Notes under the pieces: generated by a model
Database searches by the model: none
What the model saw: only the letters and a program-made list of their open reading frames with translations
What the model was told of the DNA's origin: nothing
Shown here: positions 17,431-26,698 of the stretch, one piece after another
Layout of the letters: each line of letters begins with the position of its first letter
Numbering within the stretch: position 1 is the first letter of the stretch
Origin: an uncultured Clostridia bacterium
Lineage (GTDB): Bacteria; Bacillota; Clostridia; Peptostreptococcales; Anaerovoracaceae
Direction of reading: 5' to 3'
NCBI GenBank assembly: GCA_938049335.1
Contig: CALIYX010000009.1
Span: 127,258-191,257 of the forward strand
Length of the DNA: 64,000 bases
Translations under genes and position numbers: made by a program

Positions 17431-20400
17431 TTACATAAGCGGAATTTTAACCATTGTTACAACACCGTTTTCATACATATATGCCATTCCACGTTCTTTT
17501 CCCAGTTCGTTTTTCCTGATATTGAAAATTTGTTGGGATTGTGGATCTCCTAACACAACCCCGCTTTGCGAATTATCTCTCAACGCCTTTGATACTACGT
17601 CAAATCCCTTGAGTTTATTCGATGCTGAGGATGCGAATATCTGTATTTGCGTTACAATTCCTCGTCTAAGAAGCATACCATACTTAGTTCCATCATTTCC
17701 AAGTGCTTCAACAAAAGCATCTACATCTTCAATTATAAGTGATAATGGCTCAAGAGACATATAAAAATCTTTCATCTTTAAATCACCGGTATATTTGTCA
17801 TATGATTCTTCTCTGATTTTTATTAATTCTTCAAATTCTGATATAAAATCTTCAATTCCACCTGAAGGATCCGCATATATTACATTCTTATGTTTCTCAT
17901 AATCATCCATGTCTCTTGTTCTTGAATCAAATAAGAAAATCCTGCCGTCACCCAGCTGTGATAGAATAACTCTTATGGTATTCGTCTTACCTGATTGAGG
18001 AACTCCCAAAATAAGATGTATCTGAGATTTATAATCGAGATAGTACGGCATTACTTTCTCACTGTCGAGTCCTATTGCAATTCTCCTATCCCCATCTTTC
18101 TTGTCATATATAATATTTTCAAGTCGTACCTCATCAGGCAAAATTGAGATACGTTTTGCTTCTATACCATCATTGGACTCCTTGATTATCTCTATCAGCC
18201 TTTGCAACTCAATAGTATATTCTATATTGCTATTGCACTCACAAGGCATATATTCCTGCATCAGATATACATTATCTCTGCTCACAAGCGCTCTTCCTTT
18301 AATATCAGATAATTTGTAATCACTTCGTCCTATAAGGGAAGTCACTTCACTTGAGTCAGACATGAAATTGCAAATCCTCGCACCAAAATTATTCAGCACG
18401 GCATACTTCATCGCATTTGCTCTTGTTGCAGTTACAAGTGTATATATTCCTAAGCCAACCCCATCTCTCGTAAGCTGCGTAAAGAAATTCTCAAGCTCAT
18501 AATCAATCTCCTTGACTACATCATAATTATCAACTATTACAAGTATTGCAGGAAGCGTTTCGTAAAGTGCAGCATTGTACATTTCAAGAGATGTTGCATT
18601 AGCCCTCGCGAACTTCCGCTTTCTTTCCGATATTTCAGCTGTCAGCAAATTTCGCAACTTCCTGAATTTCTCTTCATCATCAAATGAAATGTAATCGGCT
18701 ACCTGTGGAAGTTCTTTAAGCCTGAATAAAGCTGAGTTACCGAAATCGATTATATACATATTGAGTGCTGCCGGAGAGTTATTCGATGCAAGCGACAAAA
18801 TTGCATTAGTTGCAGCAGTTGACTTTCCGACCTTTGATGTCCCGAATATCGCCATATTTCCTGCTTTTGAAAAATCATGGAAATATATCTCCTGTAGCTG
18901 CCTGTCAGGCATGTCGATTATTCCGACGGCATAAGACATATCTGGCACTTCACAGGTAACACCTTTACGAATTTCCGGATTTACTATCTGCTCAGGCAAC
19001 GGAGGAAACCACGGCTTAGCGACAGCCTTGCACGGTGTATCCTCATATATATTCTTAATATGCTTTACAACTGCATCAAGCTGTGTCAATTTATTAGTGT
19101 CATTTGACTCACCGGCACTCAGATCCTCATTTATGAGCATCCCCTGACCGAGCTCATTCAGTACAAAAATTCTATCATCGACTTCGTTCTTCTCCGCGTC
19201 CCTGCTGTATGCACCTCCACTATATGCTGACTGGAAAAGTTCATATATCTCATTGTTTCCTACCTGAAGATATGCGCGACCCGGCTGAGTGATATTGGCC
19301 GCATCACCACTGCGTAAAAGTTCTCGGCTGTCAGCCTCGTTCTGTACCTTTAGACAGAGCTTAAATCTGGAGTTACTCCAGATCTGATCGTCCACTATGC
19401 CTGACGGCTTTTGCGTAGCAAGAATTAGGTGCACTCCGAGACTTCGGCCAACTCTTGCTGTCGATACAAGTTCTGCCATAAATTCCGGTTGCTCCTTCTT
19501 TAACTCCGCAAACTCATCGGATATTATAAATAAATGAGGCATCGGTTCTGTTGCCTGCCCTGCCCTAAATTTTTCCGAATATTTGTTTATGCTGTTCACA
19601 CCGTTTTGATTGAAGACATCCTGGCGCCTCTTAAGCTCACTCTTGATCGAAGCAAGAGCTCTCATACTTTCTGTTCCGTCAAGATTTGTAATCGTTCCAA
19701 GAAGATGTGGCAGTTCCTTGAACAAATTCGCCATTCCACCGCCTTTGTAGTCTATCAGAAGAAACCCTACATCGTACGGATGAAAATTACAAGCAAGGGA
19801 TAGTATATATGACTGCAATATCTCTGACTTTCCCGAACCTGTCGTTCCTGCGACAAGACCATGAGGGCCGTGAGCTTTTTCATGAAGATCAAGGTTTACT
19901 ATGTCGCCTTTACCTCGGACTCCAAGCGGAACAGATAGTGACTTGTGTGTTGCATTTCTATTCCACAGCTCCTTGATATGAATTTCTTCTGGTGATTTCA
20001 CTCCGTATAGGTCAAGAAAGAATATGTTCTCCGGAATCTGCGTAGTTACTCCCTTATTATGAATAATCGGGTTTAAGCGTCTTGCAAATGTCTCGTAGTT
20101 AATCTCGTCAACGTCAAATTTGAGTTTCTTGTTTGCAAGATTTCCCTCAGTCATGAGGATACTTCCCTCATCTTTTGCTTCAATATTAAGAACCGTCTTT
20201 ACGTTCTCAGGTAAATTGTTCTCAATTTGGGTCATATATATCAGTGAAAATCCCAGTTCAACACCCTCCTCATTAAGGTGCTCCATTATATTGTGATTTA
20301 TTATAAGTTTAGACTCATCAATCAAGAACACATAATGGGGAATGTATCTTGTTTCTTTTTTCGACTCATCTCGTGTTATGCTCCTTGCCTTTAATTCTCT

Positions 20401-21699
20401 TGTTATATGACCGAGAACCTGATCACGTTGATTCTCGCCGGAAATTACGCCAGATACATTTATGTCCTTGATATCGGTATGTGGAAGCCAACGCATCCAT
20501 TCATATTCATCTTTACTGTCCTCACCGATTATCGGTACAATGCAAACATCGTGATAACTATGAAAAAAAGCTATTTGAGTTACAATATTCCTTAATCTTG
20601 CCCTGCAGTAATCTGGTCTGCCTACTATCCCGAGATGAGATTTCTTTAGATCAACAACATAAGGGATATCCTTTACAATTTTAAAATTTCCGTATACTGC
20701 AAGCATCTCTTTATATAGATCATCACCTGCTCTTCCATATACTTCATCATCACATTCGATCTTAAAGCTTGGGGCACAAGGCGCAGTTCCAATGGATATA
20801 CTTAGAAAATCATCATCATTGAAGTTTCTCTCATATATCCTGTTAGTATAGTGGCTGACCTCATCCTCGATTTCTTTGAGTGAAAGGTTTTGATATCTCC
20901 TCGCCTCCTTAAATTCTTCCGTTCTGTCATAAAGTTCCTTGCGTTTAGCAAGCAGGTATTCCTTATATGATGCTGTGTTTTCTCTGTTTTCAGCGATTTT
21001 GTTTTTCTTGTCATCAAAATACGTAATGGTTGTGACTATCATCGTTGCCCCGGTTGCAGCAACCATAACAAGCATGAATAATCCTCGGTTCATGAACATA
21101 CTCATAAGCACTGTGGCGATTATCATAACACAGCTGGGGAGTATCCTTTTTACAAGCTCTCCTTTTCTCTGTTTTTCACGTTTATCGGGAGTCTTAATTT
21201 GAACCTTTGCATATGGCTCGGTCTTGACGATTCTCGGTGAACGTTTATATATAGGATATTCATCAAACCTATCCGGTTTTTTTATATATGATACAAAATC
21301 GGTTTCAAATGTATTACCACATATTCCACATATTTCTAACCATCCGTCATGATAAATTATTTCGGTTGTGCCGATGAGGATCTTGTCACCAGATACTAAT
21401 TCAGCATTAACCTTCTTTATCCCATTAATAAAAATATAATCATCGGATTTAAGATTTTTACCAATAATTATTACATCTGGGGTCTTTGACATTAATCTGA
21501 GCATGCATGAATTATCATTGCCAATTTTAATTATTTCTCTTCCTAAGGTAGAAACCGCTTCATATCTTGTAGGTAGAAATAGCTGCGTCCTTCCCTCGGC
21601 ATCTATTTTATAAGAGAAAACATCGACACTATCTTCATTTGAATGAATTAGATGTTCTGTATATTTATCATTTTCAAATAGTAAAATTCTATAGTCCAT
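17431..21699 (-). CDS. essC: T7SSb ATPase EssC (FtsK/SpoIIIE family, N-terminal FHA, three P-loop domains)
   Basis: A 1422-aa protein with an N-terminal FHA-like region and a TM segment (~residues 190-230). It has three Walker A sites: GTTGSGKSE, GTSKVGKST and GVPQSGKTN. Confidence 0.85.
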   Translation of the reverse strand: MDYRILLFENDKYTEHLIHSNEDSVDVFSYKIDAEGRTQLFLPTRYEAVSTLGREIIKIGNDNSCMLRLMSKTPDVIIIGKNLKSDDYIFINGIKKVNAELVSGDKILIGTTEIIYHDGWLEICGICGNTFETDFVSYIKKPDRFDEYPIYKRSPRIVKTEPYAKVQIKTPDKREKQRKGELVKRILPSCVMIIATVLMSMFMNRGLFMLVMVAATGATMIVTTITYFDDKKNKIAENRENTASYKEYLLAKRKELYDRTEEFKEARRYQNLSLKEIEDEVSHYTNRIYERNFNDDDFLSISIGTAPCAPSFKIECDDEVYGRAGDDLYKEMLAVYGNFKIVKDIPYVVDLKKSHLGIVGRPDYCRARLRNIVTQIAFFHSYHDVCIVPIIGEDSKDEYEWMRWLPHTDIKDINVSGVISGENQRDQVLGHITRELKARSITRDESKKETRYIPHYVFLIDESKLIINHNIMEHLNEEGVELGFSLIYMTQIENNLPENVKTVLNIEAKDEGSILMTEGNLANKKLKFDVDEINYETFARRLNPIIHNKGVTTQIPENIFFLDLYGVKSPEEIHIKELWNRNATHKSLSVPLGVRGKGDIVNLDLHEKAHGPHGLVAGTTGSGKSEILQSYILSLACNFHPYDVGFLLIDYKGGGMANLFKELPHLLGTITNLDGTESMRALASIKSELKRRQDVFNQNGVNSINKYSEKFRAGQATEPMPHLFIISDEFAELKKEQPEFMAELVSTARVGRSLGVHLILATQKPSGIVDDQIWSNSRFKLCLKVQNEADSRELLRSGDAANITQPGRAYLQVGNNEIYELFQSAYSGGAYSRDAEKNEVDDRIFVLNELGQGMLINEDLSAGESNDTNKLTQLDAVVKHIKNIYEDTPCKAVAKPWFPPLPEQIVNPEIRKGVTCEVPDMSYAVGIIDMPDRQLQEIYFHDFSKAGNMAIFGTSKVGKSTAATNAILSLASNNSPAALNMYIIDFGNSALFRLKELPQVADYISFDDEEKFRKLRNLLTAEISERKRKFARANATSLEMYNAALYETLPAILVIVDNYDVVKEIDYELENFFTQLTRDGVGLGIYTLVTATRANAMKYAVLNNFGARICNFMSDSSEVTSLIGRSDYKLSDIKGRALVSRDNVYLMQEYMPCECNSNIEYTIELQRLIEIIKESNDGIEAKRISILPDEVRLENIIYDKKDGDRRIAIGLDSEKVMPYYLDYKSQIHLILGVPQSGKTNTIRVILSQLGDGRIFLFDSRTRDMDDYEKHKNVIYADPSGGIEDFISEFEELIKIREESYDKYTGDLKMKDFYMSLEPLSLIIEDVDAFVEALGNDGTKYGMLLRRGIVTQIQIFASSASNKLKGFDVVSKALRDNSQSGVVLGDPQSQQIFNIRKNELGKERGMAYMYENGVVTMVKIPLM

Positions 21700-21708
21700 T
21701 GTTCCTTC

Positions 21709-22992
21709 CTATTTAAGTAACTTCGGTTCATCATCACTATTATTTTGAGGATGTGCATCTTCATTCGAAGCTGATTTTTCGTTAGATTTCCTCTCTATAT
21801 CATTATCTTTTTTAATTGAATTACTATCATTTGTTAAGCCATACCGTTCTTCATTTACTGACTTAAGTAGTTTTTTTATTTTCTCGTCCAATGCATTTAA
21901 TGTTTCTGTTTTCTTTGAACCTGTCATTGATGCATCCTTGCTCACCTGTGCTTTTCTCTGAGCAAGTGCAAAGATACGATGCTCATTATCGCCAAATTTT
22001 TGAGCGTAGTCATCCGCAGTAATATAGTCATGTCTTCCAATCATGACCCAATAGTTTAGATAATCTTTATTTGTTCTGTATTGGTCAATTGCCTTCAGCA
22101 CATTCTCTTTCTGAGTTGACGTAAGTCCACTACTTTTTACTGCAGATACTGCTGCCATATATCTCGTAGAATTTGACATGTCAGTCTCATTGAGAGATTT
22201 CAAAGATTTTCCTACAGAACCGTAATCATTTGCGAAATACTGCTCAGTAGCTGTCATTATTCTATCATTTATTTTCCCTTTTATAAAATGTTCATAGCCA
22301 AAAAGAAAAATGGAAATAACCATAATTATGCACACTATGGGTAGTAATCTTTTATTTCTTATTATGTCATTTTTTTTAATCACGACAAAATTCTCGTTCT
22401 CATATTCACGTTCATTCTCTATGGCTTCGAGAATTATCTCACGCACTTCGGATGCAGATTTTGCCATAAACACTTTGTATAATATATCGCTTTGTAAAAA
22501 TAAATCTGCACCACCTCTTAAAAAGTCTTCATACGAATGTTCAATGTCAAGTGTTGTACCTATCAATGCTTTATACTCATCAAGAAAATTATTATCCTTG
22601 ATAGAGAATGTTCGATCTATAACATTCGGTCTAAAAGCCGCATCAATAAGAACGTTATTTGGATTTAAAGAAAACGAATATATAGGCGTGAGTTCTTCAA
22701 GCTCACCAGCTGCCAAAATAAAACCATATTTATCAATAAGACGCGCATTCCGTACACTGTCAAAAGTCTGAAAGTTTTCTGCGTCATACGTGAATATATA
22801 GTAGTCGTCGTCCGATGATATATTGCAATTAACTAGTCTTTTAGTTTTTATTACAAGTTGCTTTATTCCATCATCACCAACGGGATAATTAGTTTTTAAA
22901 CACCTTATTTCAATTTTCTTTCTTTTTATCTTTTCATCCGAATTTATTTTTGAAGATTTTGAGACTTTACTTGTCTTTTTTCTATTCTTCAT
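21709..22992 (-). CDS. essB: T7SSb membrane protein EssB-like (pseudokinase N-domain, single TM)
   Basis: A 427-aa protein with the central TM LLPIVCIIMVISIFLFGY. Its position between esaB and essC supports the call. Confidence 0.6.
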   Translation of the reverse strand: MKNRKKTSKVSKSSKINSDEKIKRKKIEIRCLKTNYPVGDDGIKQLVIKTKRLVNCNISSDDDYYIFTYDAENFQTFDSVRNARLIDKYGFILAAGELEELTPIYSFSLNPNNVLIDAAFRPNVIDRTFSIKDNNFLDEYKALIGTTLDIEHSYEDFLRGGADLFLQSDILYKVFMAKSASEVREIILEAIENEREYENENFVVIKKNDIIRNKRLLPIVCIIMVISIFLFGYEHFIKGKINDRIMTATEQYFANDYGSVGKSLKSLNETDMSNSTRYMAAVSAVKSSGLTSTQKENVLKAIDQYRTNKDYLNYWVMIGRHDYITADDYAQKFGDNEHRIFALAQRKAQVSKDASMTGSKKTETLNALDEKIKKLLKSVNEERYGLTNDSNSIKKDNDIERKSNEKSASNEDAHPQNNSDDEPKLLK

Positions 22993-23222
22993 ACTTCACC
23001 TATCTCCGTAATTTTATCTCCTGAAAAAATACCTTCTTCTTTGAATGTATTAAAAGTGCTTATAACACGCTCCTGTACAGTTGATCGCACAAACGACTTT
23101 GTTTTATATGGCAGATATCCATTTGTATTTAGTTCATTTATAACATCTGCTATAGTTCTATTTTCATCTGCTATCACACTTACTCTAATATCGCCTTGTT
23201 CTAAGGTTATGGTTATTCTCAT
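22989..23222 (-). CDS. esaB: Ubiquitin-like T7SS protein EsaB/YukD
   Basis: A ~77-aa protein starting MRITITLEQGDIRVSVIADENRTIADVINEL, which is YukD-like. The ORF-track start is 27 nt further upstream. Confidence 0.7.
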   Translation of the reverse strand: MRITITLEQGDIRVSVIADENRTIADVINELNTNGYLPYKTKSFVRSTVQERVISTFNTFKEEGIFSGDKITEIGEV

Positions 23223-23724
23223 ATTTTTTCCTGTTCCATCTGATAACAACTGTTGACATAATACATGTCAAGATTATACATAATGCAATTTTTTTATATT
23301 TTTGGATAAAAAGATTATTTATTTCTTTGTTACTTTCGACTTCTACTCCTGTATCTACCTTATCGAATAAAGAAAACGATTTCAATGTATTGTCGACTTC
23401 TTTGTCATAATTTATTATTCCTTTCCATTCGCCGTTAAACAAGCCTGAAATAATTTGAACTTGCTCTTTTTCCTTGTTACTTTTGATTGTATGCATACTC
23501 ACCATACTATCATTTGTAAATACCGCAAATCCATATTCGGCAAGTACATTTCCTTCCTTTTCGTTTTCTCCACTTATACTTTCTGGATTTATTATTAATT
23601 TGTTATCATTTGCATATATGCATGTAGGCATATATGAAATGAATATTAAAAAAATCAACACGATAAATAAAGCGATTTTGCATATTTTGCTTTTACTCCG
23701 TAATCTATAAATTACAATCATCAT
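23185..23724 (-). CDS. EssA-like small membrane protein (N-terminal signal/TM plus C-terminal TM)
   Basis: The hydrophobic N-terminus IALFIVLIFLIFISYMPTCIYA and the C-terminal TM IALCIILTCIMSTVVI give an EssA-like topology. It lies between esxA and esaB. The start was set at an internal ATG that has AGGAA upstream. Confidence 0.4.
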   Translation of the reverse strand: MMIVIYRLRSKSKICKIALFIVLIFLIFISYMPTCIYANDNKLIINPESISGENEKEGNVLAEYGFAVFTNDSMVSMHTIKSNKEKEQVQIISGLFNGEWKGIINYDKEVDNTLKSFSLFDKVDTGVEVESNKEINNLFIQKYKKIALCIILTCIMSTVVIRWNRKKYENNHNLRTRRY

Positions 23725-23780
23725 ATTCCTTTTATAACAAAAATTCTTCGACATCCAAAGACGCCGAAGAATAACTAATC

Positions 23781-24080
23781 TTATTTGAACTGTCCTGCGA
23801 TATTTGAATCTAGCTCCTGTGCAGCAGCTAAAGTTTGCTCTATCTGCCTTGCAATTGTTTCTACGAGTTCCCTTGTCTGATTAAGACCTGGTTTAAGACC
23901 AGCAAACTGCTCTACATATGCATTAGCAGCAGCACCTTCCCAACTATCTGGTAAACTGTTTATTACGTTCTGGATCTCACCTATTAGGTTTTCAAGATTA
24001 TTACCGTAATTTCTTAGGTTTAATGACGCTTGTGATAGTCCTTCAGCGTTAAGTCTGATTTGTGACATATTCCCCTCCAT
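23781..24080 (-). CDS. esxA: WXG100 secreted protein EsxA
   Basis: A 99-aa protein with a W-x-G motif (DSWEGAAA) and the helix-turn-helix length typical of WXG100. Confidence 0.8.
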   Translation of the reverse strand: MEGNMSQIRLNAEGLSQASLNLRNYGNNLENLIGEIQNVINSLPDSWEGAAANAYVEQFAGLKPGLNQTRELVETIARQIEQTLAAAQELDSNIAGQFK

Positions 24081-24088
24081 AAACTTAG

Positions 24089-25705
24089 TTAATTAACTGT
24101 ATTTTTTTCAACCAGCTTCACGGGCTGGATTAAAAACTTCATTACATCACTGCTGACTCTTCCGTTTACCTTTGCATTTGATAGCATCCCCTCAAATGCA
24201 CTCAGCCTTGATCTTGTATCTTTACTATTTGTCTCAACAGTATTTATAAAAGCAGTAACAGATTCACCAAGTGTATCGTGGTCTTTCAAATTAGTTTCGT
24301 TCAGAATTTTAACAGTATCAGATACGAACTTACTATTCAAAGAATATGCCTCATCGAGTTTTGTTCGGTTTTCTTCTTGTATTTTATTAAATCTGCTTGA
24401 TGTATCTTGTGCATCTTTAATGAATGCGTTTCTCACATTATCAATTTTGCTCTTATATGTGTTTGACCCCACCGACTCATCCATAGCTGATTTAATAAAT
24501 TCATTAGGTGCTAATCGTGAGGATTGTAGTCTAAGTTTTTCTTGATATCCCGCAACAGCATCTTGGATTGAATTCTCAATTGATTTTATATCCTCTTTAG
24601 TAGGTAGAACCTCATCAAATGATATTGTAGGTGATTTCCCTTTGATTTTTTCACTAATTGCATTTAAAGCTTCTTTTTTGACTTTAAGATCATTCTTAGC
24701 ATTGTCTATATTATGCAACTGTATATCTGTTGGATTCTGACTAATTAAATACTCATCCACCATTTCTTGATATTTTGTAACGGATGCTTCATAATCATCT
24801 ACACTCTTTTGATATACCGATAAATCATTTAGATATATATCATATCTAGTATTGAAATCAGCTATAGAATCAGCATATTTGGTAATCAGTCTTAACATTT
24901 CTTTGACCTTGGATACGCTATCATCTACTGCCTTAATATCAATATCTATATTAATTTCATCGCTTATACTTTTATGTGCGGATGCATATGCCGTCTTAAA
25001 TAAGTCATCAATTTCGTCTGCATAATTATTCCCACTATTTTGGTATGCATCCGTGTTTTGCTCTTTAAATTCCGGCATTTCCATTGGAATTGTTGGTTCC
25101 TTAAACTCAACTCTATAATTTCCTTCTGCAACTTTTCTTGCTGCAGCTAGGTTATTCCCATCATTATTGAAAACTTCTTTTATATTGTACTGACCAAGTT
25201 CAACCTCATCCATTAAGGCATTAATATATGCATATGAGAGTTTATTATTGAATGAATTATACACATCATAGATTTGGAAATATATATCATCAAATTTCTC
25301 TTTTTTACTAATACTATACTCAAGATTTATTGTCTGAGGATTTTTATAGTTAATGCTCAGTATACTTGAAGACAGATTTCCAGGAAAGACTATAATACCA
25401 GCATAGGTTCCATTTTTAAGGCCTTCTTCTGCGTCTATACTTGAAACTAGCTTAAAAGTTTTTTCGTCGAGAGTTTTAACAAATTCCTCAGAATAGTTTA
25501 TTATTTTACCTGAATATTCCACTCCAACATCTTGATTAACAATTGCTATTGTTTGTTTTCTTGATGATGAATCTTCTACATTAGATTTTTTTGTAACTTT
25601 ATTATTAGAACAACCTGCAAAAGCTACTACAAAAACTATTATCATTGTTAATAATATGACTAAAACTTTCTTATTTATCGTATTATCCTGAAGCATATTA
25701 TCCAT
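24089..25705 (-). CDS. EsaA/YhgE-Pip N-terminal-domain protein (short form lacking the C-terminal polytopic membrane domain)
   Basis: It has an N-terminal TM with a Cys (FAGCSNN), then the hallmark IAIVNQDVG motif of the YhgE/Pip/EsaA family, and a long coiled, charged ectodomain. At 538 aa it is much shorter than the ~1000 aa of canonical EsaA. Confidence 0.55.
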   Translation of the reverse strand: MDNMLQDNTINKKVLVILLTMIIVFVVAFAGCSNNKVTKKSNVEDSSSRKQTIAIVNQDVGVEYSGKIINYSEEFVKTLDEKTFKLVSSIDAEEGLKNGTYAGIIVFPGNLSSSILSINYKNPQTINLEYSISKKEKFDDIYFQIYDVYNSFNNKLSYAYINALMDEVELGQYNIKEVFNNDGNNLAAARKVAEGNYRVEFKEPTIPMEMPEFKEQNTDAYQNSGNNYADEIDDLFKTAYASAHKSISDEINIDIDIKAVDDSVSKVKEMLRLITKYADSIADFNTRYDIYLNDLSVYQKSVDDYEASVTKYQEMVDEYLISQNPTDIQLHNIDNAKNDLKVKKEALNAISEKIKGKSPTISFDEVLPTKEDIKSIENSIQDAVAGYQEKLRLQSSRLAPNEFIKSAMDESVGSNTYKSKIDNVRNAFIKDAQDTSSRFNKIQEENRTKLDEAYSLNSKFVSDTVKILNETNLKDHDTLGESVTAFINTVETNSKDTRSRLSAFEGMLSNAKVNGRVSSDVMKFLIQPVKLVEKNTVN

Positions 25706-25794
25706 TTATGCTGGCATATATTATATGCCAATTTCTCCTTATATTGTTTATAAATCTTGTTTTAAATATAGAATTAATATCTATTTTCACAACA

Positions 25795-25823
25795 ATTATC
25801 ATATACATTAAAATATCTGTCAA
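25795..25823 (-). promoter_or_regulatory. Sigma-A promoter of the T7SS operon (TTGACA-17 nt-GATAAT)
   Basis: On the minus strand the -35 is at plus 25818-25823 and the -10 at plus 25795-25800. The 5' UTR is about 85 nt. Confidence 0.5.
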
Positions 25824-25946
25824 GATTTATTTATATGGGAATAAACATTTTTCTCCAAATAGCTTTAAACCAGTTGATAAACCCCTTTTATTCACCCTAC
25901 ATTAAAACACCGAGTCAAAGTTACTAAACTCTGCTCGGTGGTTTGA

Positions 25947-26648
25947 TTATCCTTGTAATTTATCTATCTCTTCTCTTGTCAGCTTACGGTAGTGGCCTAG
26001 TGAAAGCCTTCCGATTTTGATGTCTCCTATAGCTATGCGCTGAAGCTCCTGAACCTGGTTTCCGACAGCTGCAAACATCTTTCTGACCTGTCTATTCTTA
26101 CCCTCGTGAATAGTAATATCCACGATAGTCGACTTAGGCAAATCTTTTACTATCTCAACTGAATCGGCTTTGACCTTATATCCTCCGATATCCACTCCGT
26201 TTATCAGACGGTGGCACTTTTGCTTTGATAGATATCCTGCAACATGTGCTCTATAGGTCTTGGGCAGCTCGTGCTTTGGATGCGCAAGCTTATAGGCAAA
26301 TTCACCGTCGTTTGTGAGAATTATCATGCCCGAAGTGTTGTAGTCAAGCCTTCCCACAGGAAAGAGCCTCTCCTCAAAATCCGTCACCAGCTCCATGACC
26401 GTAGCTCGTCCGAGCTCATCGCTCACAGTCGTAACGTATCCGACAGGCTTGTTCAGAAGAATATATACTTTTTTTTGCTCTGTATCGATGGTTCTGCCGT
26501 TTACCGTGACCTTATCACCCTCGCAGACCTCGTAGCCTGGGCTAGTCAAAACAGCCCCGTTGACCTTGACATTTCCGTTAGTAATAAGCTCATCAGCCTT
26601 ACGCCTACTGCAGATTCCTGCAGATGCTATATACTTATTTATTCTCAT
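25947..26648 (-). CDS. rluB: rRNA pseudouridine synthase, RluB/RsuA family (S4 domain plus catalytic domain)
   Basis: It has an S4-like N-terminus MRINKYIASAGICSRRKAD and the catalytic block GRLDYNTSGMIILTNDG. The start was set at the ATG with RBS AGAGGGAGAGAG upstream. Confidence 0.8.
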   Translation of the reverse strand: MRINKYIASAGICSRRKADELITNGNVKVNGAVLTSPGYEVCEGDKVTVNGRTIDTEQKKVYILLNKPVGYVTTVSDELGRATVMELVTDFEERLFPVGRLDYNTSGMIILTNDGEFAYKLAHPKHELPKTYRAHVAGYLSKQKCHRLINGVDIGGYKVKADSVEIVKDLPKSTIVDITIHEGKNRQVRKMFAAVGNQVQELQRIAIGDIKIGRLSLGHYRKLTREEIDKLQG

Positions 26649-26698
26649 CTCTCTCCCTCTTTGTAAAGGTTTGATCAAAACCTGCTCGCTAGGTCTTG

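Noticed and set aside
25708-25905. A 65-aa plus-strand ORF in the T7SS promoter region
   Set aside because: It is an AT-rich Ile/Leu-rich translation overlapping the minus-strand promoter and leader, with no RBS.
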